Below the pieces are notes generated by a model. That model was not told where the DNA came from, ran no database searches, and saw nothing but the letters and a program-made list of their open reading frames with translations. The translations under genes were made by a program, and so were the position numbers. From NCBI GenBank assembly GCA_030390025.1, contig CM059446.1, positions 4,092,001 through 4,156,000 on the forward strand: a DNA stretch of 64,000 bases, written 5' to 3'. Source of the stretch: Squalus acanthias. Taxonomy: Eukaryota. Positions 53,284-64,000 of the stretch are shown piece after piece (the stretch's first letter is position 1; each line of letters begins with the position of its first letter).

Positions 53284-54099
53284 GCCTAGTGATTATTTTT
53301 TAAAAAATCGGTTTAACCCTAAATATATGACCTTTGACCCATCAATGTACAGCACCAGCCCCCACCTTGACAGCGCTGGCTAAAAACGATACCTGTTCAA
53401 TTGAGAAGACAAATTCCCCTTTCATGTGGACAGGTTTAGAAAGCTTTCATAAAAAGAGTGTTATATACATAACTATTGCAGATAAATATTTGCTAATCCA
53501 GTTGATATACAATTCAAAATATGCATGGCCATTACAACTCCGGCTTCTAGGTTGTAATGCGGGATATGATGTATATAATGAACTTTTTTTTTGTTTTCCT
53601 TTTGTATGTGAAATAATTATCTATAAAGTAGTGTTTTTAAAGGTTAAAAAAAAGACAGCATGTCCTCTAACAGCATACCTAGGATCACTTGAGTTGCGCC
53701 TTGGTTAATAGATTAGGAATGTAAAGACTGAGCTGCTGTGATTTATTCACTGTTGTATATCCTTGCACAGCCTCCCTGCACCAGCAAACGGTGTCATTTT
53801 TCCTTTTAAAAACGGGACCTTTTACGAATTTTTCAATCAGGCGTTGACCATAAGACCACATCCCTTTCAGTGCATCCCCACTTGCGATCTTCGATTTGCT
53901 GCAGACTAACATACTCATTTTCTGTGAGGTTTTTTTTTCTTCTTAATTTGTCGAGTTCTTAATATTTGTAACGGTTTGACTCCTCGCTTGAAGCTGGCAG
54001 CTATGGCATTTCTCATTCTAATCTATTGTGCGCAACCTTCTCCCAAAAAGGCCAAAGTTTACAGACAAGAAAGTTTGATTTGCACTCTGGCTGATGCTT

Positions 54100-54105
54100 A
54101 ATAAA
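54100..54105 (+). terminator. Candidate PITX3 polyadenylation signal
   Basis: AATAAA ~0.8 kb after the stop codon, following a U-rich 3' UTR-like stretch. Confidence 0.35.
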
Positions 54106-54694
54106 CAGATTCGACAATCTACGTGTACGCTATCTTATTCTGGGGAGCCCGTAGCAGGCCGATATAGCGTGGATCTGGCTTTTTACTCAAGGTCCAAATG
54201 CATTTTTTGGAAATTAACCATTCACTCTAATCTTAGTTACTAAACGGTGAGAATTTCCCCGGTCGCTCTGGGTAAAAACCGTGGTTAATGTAACGACCAC
54301 ATTTACAAAGAGCGACCAGAGGGTTCCAAAAGATGCGACCCCGACACAAAACCATGCATCTCAATCTCATTCCTGCCACAGTCTTGAGAAGCAGTCCTCA
54401 AATTTTATAGAGATCTGTTCTGAAATTATTTTAGCTTTTGCAATTTGCTGAAATTGAAACGAGGGAGGATTTATTTCTCTGAAACTCTCGTCAAGCTGTC
54501 TGCATCGAAGTAAAAGACTGGCAAAAATTTCATGTCCAGGTATTGAGAACAAACCTGCGCCAGCACGTGTCCATTGCAAATTTTACATACTCACGCAGTT
54601 CCAAAATGTGTACCAGGCAATATTGTATTTTGCACCGATTTCTGCCTGTCTGCAGCAAGTTAGATAAGTTCAGAGAGGCGTGCCGGGAATTAAG

Positions 54695-54921
54695 TTAAGG
54701 GCTAGATATCTCGTTTAAATATTGGGTGTTTAATGGTACAATTTAGAGGATTGCAAGGAGAAAATGCCAAAGTATGAAACTATATAATCTATTTATAACA
54801 AGTACTTTGGCATTTTCTCCTTGCAATCCTCCAAATTGTACTATTAAACACCCAATATTTAAACGAGATATCTAGCCCTTAAAAGTACGAAACTATATAA
54901 TCTACTTATAACAAGTACTTT
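54695..54921. repeat. 80-bp inverted repeat with directly duplicated spacer
   Basis: 54695-54774 versus 54803-54882 match as reverse complements at 78/80. 54769-54808 is repeated at 54882-54921 with two differences. Confidence 0.95.
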
Positions 54922-56414
54922 TAGCATTTCGGAGTGTCATTGAAATGAGAAAACCTTGGCACCGTTAAAACATATCGAAACCGAAAAATAAAACTGAAAA
55001 AAATACTGAAAACGGAAGCTGACTATCCAAATGTGGCAGTAAATTTGTGTTGAATTTGACAGAACCATAATTTTTCTAAACTGTAATTCTTACTGTAATA
55101 ATTTAGATATGTATCTAAAATATGAATTTTCAATATTTGGTTGAAATTATGCATGAACTAGTATCCGTTTTAGTTGTTTTATAATTCATACATATTTCGT
55201 AACTTGAACTACTATAGATCAAATGTAAATTTTCCCGGATTATATTATTTTCTGATGGTCTCGCGGTAATCTGGTGAACACAGTGTGCAAGAACAGTTAC
55301 TGTCGTCTGCTGCTCACATCTGAACTGGGCCCAGATAGAACGGCCTCTCACAGATAAACTGAAGCAATATATAGATGAAGGGGTACCTCTAAATGTTGAC
55401 AAAGCTTCACTCCAATCGGAAAAATTCAGGTGCTGCAGAAAAATACCGACCTGCTTTTCTATACCGCCTGATCACATCTCAAAAACATCCCATAATGCTT
55501 CCAATTAATGACGACTGGGATACAATGGGGGGGGGGGGGGCGGTGGCATACTGTACACAGCAGGATCCCACTGATAGCAATGAGATGAATAATCGGTTGA
55601 TCAGTTTTTGCTGGTGTTGGGCAGGACACGAAGAAAACTTTTTTTTTGACTGGTGCCTCAGGATCTGTAATGTTCACCTGGCCCACTGCAGGACGGCACT
55701 TCCGACGATGCAGCACTGCCTCGGTACTGCAATGGAGTGTCAGCCTGGATTATATGGACAGGTCTTGGGCTTCAACCCACAACCTTCTGCCTTCGAGTTG
55801 TTTGTAAGGCACTGGAAACTTTGCTCTCGCAGTTCATGACCTTGTCTGAACCTTTCATTAGATCCCCGCCGTATAATTACTCACGAACACGGATTATCAT
55901 TCATTCTCTCAGCCCCGAAGTGTGCTTTTAGTTAACCAATATCATGTTATGTTATATTGCTATTTTTCATATCGATGGCATTTCAGTACTCCTTGAATCA
56001 TTTAGACCAGCTAATCCTCTGCGAAGTTGTAGGGTTTTAAAAAAAAAATCTCAGCATTTTGATGACTTGGGCAAAAATTACATTAGTTTTCCAGTGAGCA
56101 AAACCTAATTGAACATGACACCAAAATCCTTATTTACTTAAAGCCTCCAGTCTTGATTGGGTGCTCGGTGTTGTATCTAAAGGTCACCCTGCGCACATGC
56201 ACACTGCCCCAGTTGTACTGTCAGTACCAGTCTGATACCAGCACCATTTATGAGCAAGCGACTGCAGTTATACTGCCTTCTTGCATCGTTCAGTTTGGGG
56301 GAAAGCGCAGCTGGTGAATAAATAAATACTCTGCTTATTGGCTCCGATTTCCAGTGAAATTCGTATTATTAGAAATATGAAGCTGAACATCCCGAGTTCC
56401 TTTTTAAACTTTAG

Positions 56415-56800
56415 TATAAGATTCTGAAGGGGCTTGACAGGGTAGATGCAGAGAGGATGTTTCCCCTCCTGGGGGAATCTAGAACTAGGGGCATAATTTC
56501 AGAATAAGGGAGCACCCGTTTAAATCGGAAATGAGGAGAAATTTCTTCTCTCTGAGGGTGGTGAATCTTTGGAATTCTCTTCCCCAGAGAGCTGTGGAGG
56601 CTGGGTCATTGAATATATTTAAGATGTGGGGATATATTTAAGGTGGAGATAGACAGATTTTTGAATGGTAAGGGAGTCAAGGGTTATGGGGAGCAGGCAG
56701 GGAAGTGGAGTTGAGGCCAAGATCAGATCAGCCATGATCTTATTGAATGGCGGAGCAGGTTCGAGGGGCCAAATGACCTACTCCTGCTCCTACGTCTTAT
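56415..56800 (+). mobile_element. CR1/HER1-type LINE 3' end
   Basis: Same family as 31190-31560. Confidence 0.85.
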
Positions 56801-57045
56801 GTAACTATATAATTAAAAAAAAATCAACTTCAATCACTTTGCAATTATTTTATTGCTGACTCGCAGCATCAGGCTGATTGAAACCGCTTGCAACAGCGAG
56901 AGAAACTCCAAATTGATGTGAGTTTGATACAGTTACACTGGGATTATACTGCGCCTCTTGCACCAGTGCGATTAGCTAGCACAGACCCAGGGTATGCAGT
57001 ATAAGGGCAACACGGGAGGTGTGTGAAGCTGGTCAGTATTAAGGA

Positions 57046-57140
57046 ATAATAACAGAAAATGCTGGAAATACTCAGCGTGTCAGGCAGCACCCTGGAGAGA
57101 AACAAGAGTTAACAGATTTCCAGCATCCGCACTATTTTGT
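57046..57140. mobile_element. Minimal Penelope-like insertion with 14-bp TSD
   Basis: Inverted head aacagaaaatgctggaaatactcagc... joined to forward tail cagatttccagcatccgcactatttt. TSD gtcagtattaagga at 57032-57045 and 57141-57154. Confidence 0.75.
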
Positions 57141-57464
57141 GTCAGTATTAAGGATGTTGGTTTGACACCTTCTCCGAGGCCAGGACATGTCTCTGGTGGT
57201 GGAGGGGCAAGGCGACAATTCAATAGCGGGGTTCTTACATTAGAAACTTGAAAGTGGTCCAGCAGACGGCGGGAGGAGTTCTGATGAAGAATACACACCC
57301 AAAACATTAACTTGTCTTTTCACTTTATTGATGCTGACTGAGATTTCCAACATTTTCCGTTTCTGGTCCAGTCGAGTTGGTAGTTATGTTTTAAAGACTT
57401 TTAAAGTTACCTGTTTTAAAGATTGGCACTTGCACGAGTTGCAACAATTAGTGTGAAGCCAAAT

Positions 57465-58353
57465 TGGTGGCGATAGCACTAGTGTCACACCATCACTGAC
57501 TGGCGGTGATAGCACTAGTGTCACACCATCACTGACTGGCGGCGATAGCACTAGTGTCACACCATCACTGACTGGCGGTGATAGCACTAGTGTCACACCA
57601 TCACTGACTGACTGGTGGCGATAGCACTAGTGTCATACCATCACTGACTGGCAGTGATAGCACTAGTGTCACACCATCACTGACTGGCGGCGATAGCACT
57701 AGTGTCATACCATCACTGACTGGCGGTGATAGCACTAGTGTCACACCATCACTGACTGGCGGTGATAGCACTAGTGTCATACCATCACTGACTGGCGGCG
57801 ATAGCACTAGTGTCACACCATCACTGACTGGCGGCGATAGCACTAGTGTCACACCATCACTGACTGGCGGTGATAGCACTAGTGTCACACACACCATCAC
57901 TGACTGGCGGTGATAGCACTAGTGTCACACCATCACTGACTGGCGGTGATAGCACTAGTGTCACACACACCATCACTGACTGGCGGTGATAGCACTAGTG
58001 TCACACACACCATCACTGACTGGCGGTGATAGCTCTAGTGTCACACCATCACTGACTGGCAGTGATAGCACTAGTGTCACACCATCACTGACTGGCGGTG
58101 ATAGCACTAGTGTCACACCATCACTGACTGGCGGTGATAGCACTAGTGTCACACACACCATCACTGACTGGCGGCGATAGCACTAGTGTCACACCATCAC
58201 TGACTGGCGGTGATAGCACTAGTGTCACACCATCACTGACTGGCGGTGATAGCACTAGTGTCACACACACCATCACTGACTGGCGGTGATAGCACTAGTG
58301 TCACACCATCACTGACTGGCGGCGATAGCTCTAGTGTTACACCATCACTGACT
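57465..58353. repeat. Minisatellite, 24 copies of a 36-bp unit
   Basis: Unit ggcggtgatagcactagtgtcacaccatcactgact. Variants by C/T changes and +4 nt (caca or ctga) slippage. Confidence 0.97.
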
Positions 58354-58519
58354 GCGGCTGGACGGTAGCTCCCCATCTCAGCTCAGTCGCTTCAGTATCC
58401 GTCTGCAGCCACTAGCACCTGGGTTTAGACAGTCCGACTGCAATTCGGACTCTCTGGGCCAGCAGAAAGCTCTGGGTTTGTTTCTTTCACTGCACCACAG
58501 CAACATGTTCAATCATCGA

Positions 58520-59120
58520 ATGATGCAGCACAGCAGGAGGCTATTCGGCCCATTGTGCCTGTGCCGGCTCTTTGAAAGAGCCAATTAGTCCCACTCCCCT
58601 ACCCTTTCCCCACAGCCCTGCAAATTTTCCCCCTTTAACTATATATCCAATTCCCATTTGAAAGTTACTATTGAATCTGCTTCCACCGCCCTTTCAGGCA
58701 GCGCGTTCCAGATCACAACAACTCGCTGCGTAAAAAAATTGCTCCTCATCTCCCCTCTGGTTCTTTTACCAATCACCTTAAATCTGAGTCCTCTGGTTAC
58801 CGACCCTTCTGCCGCTAGAAACAGTTTATCCTTATTTACTGTATTAATATACTTCATAATTTTGACTCCTATATTAAATCTGCTCTTAACCTTCACTGCT
58901 TTAAGGAGAGCAACCCCAGCTTCTCCAGTCTCTCCACATAACTGAAGTCTCTCATCCCTGGTACCATTCTAGTAAATCTCCTCTGCACCCTCTCCAAGGC
59001 CTTGACATCCTTCCTAAAGTGCGGTGCCCAGAGTTGGACACGATACTCCAACTGAGCCCTAATCCGTGATTTATAAATGTTTAGCATAACTTCCTTGCTT
59101 TTGTGTCCTATGCCTCTGTT
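58520..59120 (-). mobile_element. CR1 LINE 3' fragment
   Basis: IRAQLEYRVQLWAPHFRKDVKALERVQRRFTRMVPG and NFFTQRVVVIWNALP. Confidence 0.9.
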
Positions 59121-62100
59121 TATTTGTTTCGAGGGCACGGTTTGGAAAGCAAAACGCTCTCAAAAACATTGAAGTAAACTGATTTACTTATACACTCTGC
59201 AGAAGCTTGAAATGATGCACTCAGCATTGTTTTATATATCACTGGGCTGCTGTAGTGGAGTTATACTGTCTGGCGTCAAACTCAAGGCCTTCTCGGAATG
59301 GTCTTTGCGGTCAGATAAACACCCAACTGCAGAGGTTTGGATCCGTGGGAAGTGGAAATCACTTTCAAATGCCCTTCTAGTGTGAGAATGAATCAATTTG
59401 ACATAACCTGCACATTGTGACATAAAAAGCTTTTCAGATCAGTTCAGGGAACTCCAATACAACGAGTACAGTATTGTTTTTTTTAAAATATCATTGCAAT
59501 TCCCCCTGCATCAGTTGGCAAAGAATGGAGCGGAGCCCTGGGAAGCAGGAGATCCCAGTTTCTATTCCTGAGTTAGATCATCTCAGCCAGGCCGACAGAA
59601 AGGATACTGCAATTGCCCTCAGGACCCCTGGGGGAAGGTGGGGGAAAGCAGACGGGGTTCCTCCTACTGATAGTTATTCAGTGACCCTGCTGGCGAGGGT
59701 GGGCTTGGGCTTGGTTGTAATACCTCTAGCAGTTGAATAGCCGACCAATCGCTGTCCTGCCTCCCTCGTGGAGAATTGCCAATTCAGCGAGGCAGTGTCT
59801 GGTGCCTGGTGAGCTTGGTTGGACCCCGGCGGGAAGCAACGTCTTGTGGAGGGGAGAGAATTGCCAAAAAAACAAGATGCCAACACTTCATATCTACTTG
59901 TATTTTATTTGCCTAAAAGTCATTCCAGAAATGAGTCGAATGAGCTGGAGCCGGTGACAGTGACACAGATTGAGACAAAGGTTGTAGCTTTCAAACTGGC
60001 TATAACTGCTCCAGGTTGCTTTTAGCACTACATGACGTGTTATGGGTTGGGTTTTTTTGCACTGCGATCCCCCCCCCCCCCCTCCCCACTCCCAAATCTC
60101 TGTAACTTGGGGCAGATCTGACTTTGTATAAAACACACCATGCCCGTTAGTTTTGGTCACTCACTCACAGTGCCTGAATAAGAAGATTTGAAGAAAACTT
60201 CACACCCAAACTTAACCTGGGCAACAAGTTTGGGGGGCTCGACATGAACGTAAAGTATTAAAACAGCGACAGAAACGACACTAAACCAAGCTGACACAGA
60301 CAGCATGGTGAACCTTCTGTATAATTCCGCGCTGTGAAACATATCGCGCTCTTTGAAAGCTATGGCATTTATCTAAATACAGCAGGAGGATTCTGTGGGA
60401 ACAATCTATTGGAAACTAAACGCGTAGAATGGTTCAGTCCACTCGGTATAATCTATTCTGCTGATACCTTTCTACCCTGTATTTAGAAATAAGCTGAAAT
60501 AAACTCTTAAATAAACCGTAGTCTCCAATTAGTGTTATTTTGAAAGCTTTTTCTCAGAAAATACCTATTTTAGAGACATTAATATGACGTGGGTGAGATA
60601 GTGACTGAAATTACTTAGGGTCTCAGAACGTTGCTCACAGTCAGTGCTAGATATTGGGGAGATGCGTGTCCTGTGCAACGAAATTTTAAATCTATTTATA
60701 AAGAATTAATTAACTGTTTTGTTACACATAATTCAGAGACGAAATCTGCCCCAGTTGCAGTTGGGTGATGGAAATGTATCAGGGGGTCTTTGCAGATCCC
60801 AATGGATGTCGTTTTAAATAAGTGAGGGGGTAAACAAAACATTTTGCCCACGCACTTTTCCGATTAAAATAGTTTGGCAGAAAGAATCCACCGCAAAACT
60901 GAACTCAAATGCAACGAGTGAATGGGGCTTGCGGGATTCACTGTGGAAATCGGGGATTCGAATCATTGTTTTAAGTTTAATGCAATCACCTCAAAGGATT
61001 GTGCTAAAACTGAGCCGAGGTGCAGCTCATGTCGAGATTCACCAGGCAGGGAAAGTATAATTATTGGATTCGATGGTGCAATTGGAAAAAATACAACTGC
61101 CACTGTTATGAAACAGTTGCTATTTAGTGCAGTATTTTGAGGGCACCCTGTCTGGGAGGGGCGACTGCAGCGATTGAGATTCATTGCACATCACAACAGA
61201 ATATAATAGCGCCGGGCAGATTCATAATTGAATAAGTGTCGGTTTGCTTGCAATATTTGGCTGGTGAGGTAGAATACCTAAGCCAAGGGGAGATTGCATT
61301 TAGGAAAGTGGAAAATGTACCGTGAGTACCAATCTATCCGTAGAATCAACCATGAGATGTCCATTAAAAACACGCTTCTCATTTTCATTCCCCGCAAAGC
61401 TTGATTCCCATCACAAGTCGCCAATTTAAGCACTTGTTCGGGTCCCGCTGTTAATCAGCACTCATTTCAACGGGTTTGCCTGACTTCGCTTTCCTTCCTA
61501 ACCTCTCTCCTTATCCTATATTCGCTGTGTGTGTGTGTGTGTGTCTGAGCCCATTGTATCCCAACATAACTAGGAACAACCGGAGCGCAGTACATCCACT
61601 TTTATGCGGATTGTTTTGGCCTGAAACACGCCGGTGGGGCTGAGAAACCTGGTCCAGTAACTGCGGCCAGCCCCTCGGCTCTGTCCCAGACCGCCACACA
61701 CCCTCCACTCCAGCCGGCACCGCGTCTCTCCTCAGTCAGCAGCTCAGTGTTTGCAGACTGCATTCGATTTACAGTCAGATTTAGGATCATCAAGAGAAGG
61801 ATTACAAAAGACGTCCCGATTTATGGAGTAAAGCCAGCGTCACCAGATAAAGGTACCAGCCACACACAAACACACACGCACACACATATATATATATATA
61901 TATATCTGCCTGCATTCAATGCAAGGCACCCGGCCATCGCCAGACTGCTTTGTGCATTGAACTGTCTGCAACAAGCAATGGGAGAACAGCGGCGGAATAA
62001 AGTCGACAACAATTTGTAATCCTCGAGTTCAGAGCAAGCGCTGCCGATCGGCGGAGAATGAGCTCTGGGTCTGGTCACCCTGCACGGGAAGAGGCCGGAG

Positions 62101-62764
62101 TATGGTGGACAAAATGGAAAAGCAAATCTCAAACCGATAGGTGAGTGTGTGGCCAGAGTTGGATTTCTGACTGTAGACAAATCCCAAGCCATGCAACAAT
62201 AAATATTTTATTTTGTGAGGTCTGTGAGGCTGCTCTTGGTGCTGAGACCGGTTTGAACAGTTGCTCCCAGGGACCATGGCTGACTGCTCTTCTGAGGGCA
62301 ACGCGTTGTGAGATGGTTCAGAGTGGCTGGAGATTGTGTCAACAGGTTGCAGTTTATCAAACCCCGCGTGTCTGGCCAGGCGGCGAGAGTCCAGCCAGGA
62401 CCGCCAGTGTCATCAGCAGGATTGTTAGACTCATTAACAAATGTTTGTGTTCCACTGAAAGGAGACGACTCGAGGCCAGTTTCCAACCCAAAAATAATAA
62501 ATTGTTCCTGTTGAAACAATTCACAAAAATGCGAGCAGGGTTTGATTGAATTAACCGATTTGAAATATTGATCCTTTAGCATTCTCGCTGAAAAAACAAT
62601 AGCGTGCTTTTGATCAACCTTTGAACTTTAGCTGGTCCCCAATTCCTGTTAAAGGTTGCATCTTGTAAAAAATATCAGTTGTTCAGTGGCCGGTCGGTAT
62701 AACTGGGGAACTGAGTTTATCCAGAGATAGATTTTTAGCTGTTGCCATGTTCCATCGTGTCTGA

Positions 62765-63432
62765 GCTGTTTGTCTGTGTTTGTGTTGTCTGTCTGTGTTG
62801 TCTGGTCGGTGTTGTCTATCTGTGTTGTCTATTTGTGTTGTCTGTCTGTGTTGTCTGTCTGTGTTGTCTGGTCGGTGTTGTCTGGTCTGTGTTGTCTATT
62901 TGTGTTGTCTGGTCTGTGTTGTCTGGTCTGTGTTGTCTGTCTGTGTTGTCTGGTCTGTGCTGTCTGTCTGTGTTGTCTGTCTGTGTTGTCTGTCTGCTGT
63001 CTGTCTGTGTTGTCTGTCTGTGCTGTCTGTCTGTGTTGTCTGTCTGTGTTGTCTGTCTGTGCTGTCTGTTTGTGTTGTCTGGTCTGTGTTGTCTGGTCTG
63101 TGTTGTCTGTCTGTGTTGTCTGGTCTGTGTTGTCTGTCTGTGCTGTCTGTCTGTGCTGTCTGTGTTGTCTGTCTGTGTTGTCTGTCTGTGCTGTCTGTGT
63201 TGTCTGGTCTGTGTTGTCTGGTCTGTGCTGTCTGTCTGTGTTGTCTGGTCTGTGTTGGCTGGTCTGTGTTGTCTGTCTGTGCTGTCTATTTGTGTTGTTT
63301 ATTTGTGTTATCTATTTGTGTTGTCTGGTCTGTGTTGTCTGTCTGTGCTGTCTGTCTGTTGTCTGTGCTGTCTGTCTGTTGTCTGGTCTGTGTTGTCTAT
63401 TTGTGTTGTCTGTCTGTGTTGTCTGTCTGTGT
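62765..63432. repeat. Degenerate (TGTC)n / TGTCTGTCTGTGT simple tandem repeat
   Basis: ~670 bp composed almost entirely of T, G and C on the + strand, in 4- to 13-nt units. Confidence 0.97.
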
Positions 63433-63779
63433 GTACATTATTACATGCCTGTCCCATCCATTGCAATCTCACTTCAACCGATTCATCTCCTAATGAGAGT
63501 TACTGTACTCTTGGGATTTCCAGTATATGCATCTCTTTTCTGACCGCACCGGTTGTTTTCACGCAAGATATATTTATGACATTAAAATGTACAGTTGGCA
63601 CTTTCGGTATAGATTTGTTGAATTGTACGCAGACAATCTAATATGCTCTAGTAAAGAAACCAAAGACAAAATCAACATTGATTTAAAATCAATTAGAAAG
63701 AACGAATGATCCCTCACAACCTAAAGTTAAAAAAAAGAGACAGCAGGTCCAAGCTTCTTCAAAATCTAGGCCTGAAAAT

Positions 63780-64000
63780 CAGAACTGTGGCATTCTTGAC
63801 GTACATTTAGAACATAACCTAGGATCCATAACACAGAAACAGGCCATCCGATCCAAGTGCTCAATGCCGGTGTTTCTACTCCGCACCAGCCTCCTCCACA
63901 CTATCAGCTCCCAGTACTCCTCCACTCCCTTCTCCTTTATGTATGTATCAAGTCTCCCCCTTAACTGCATCATCTACTTCAAGCACTCCCTGTGGCAGCG
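63780..64000 (-). mobile_element. CR1-type LINE 3' tail running off the window end
   Basis: acagaaacaggccat.cg..cca...ccagcctcctcc motif shared (inverted) with 34490-34565. Minus-strand LRGRLDTYIKEKGVE. Confidence 0.6.

Noticed and set aside
57465-58353. 36-bp partly palindromic repeats resembling a CRISPR array, and the (VTLVLSPPVSDG)n ORFs
   Set aside because: Units are head-to-tail with no unique spacers, there are no cas genes, and the context is vertebrate. The ORFs arise from the 36-nt period and are broken by +4 slips.
62742-63641. Long Cys/Val/Leu-rich ORFs (299, 257, 237 aa)
   Set aside because: All three + frames are open because the simple repeat has almost no A, so stop codons cannot form. 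This is not evidence of a protein.
53300-64000. ELOVL3 or NOLC1 exons expected from mammalian synteny
   Set aside because: No recognisable coding similarity in the ORF track or by inspection.

Overview
Vertebrate (eukaryotic) genomic DNA with introns. The repeat landscape (CR1/HER1-type LINE tails, RTE, L2, Penelope-like elements, Deu-domain SINEs) points to a cartilaginous fish. Two divergently oriented genes are recognisable. GBF1 (Arf-GEF) is on the minus strand, with a CpG-island promoter at ~35.5-36.1 kb, a predicted non-coding exon 1, coding exons at 29913-30008 and 20499-20565, and a long TE-rich intron running off the left edge. PITX3 is complete on the plus strand (coding exons 43320-43446, 50714-50919, 52720-53283; 298 aa; K50 homeodomain plus OAR). 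PITX3 lies in a ~15 kb CpG-retaining, nearly TE-free domain. Nothing here looks prokaryotic, and I could not support a wholly new multi-gene system. The most unusual items are: an 80-bp fold-back inverted duplication 3' of PITX3; a near-perfect hairpin Penelope-like insertion with a truncated hammerhead ribozyme core and a 13-bp TSD; three upstream AUGs in the predicted GBF1 leader, one giving an in-frame 36-aa extension; a MITE carrying four sense splice donors; a perfect 53-bp direct repeat beside GBF1 exon 2; and a 24-copy 36-bp minisatellite. TE family names and boundaries are by-eye approximations.
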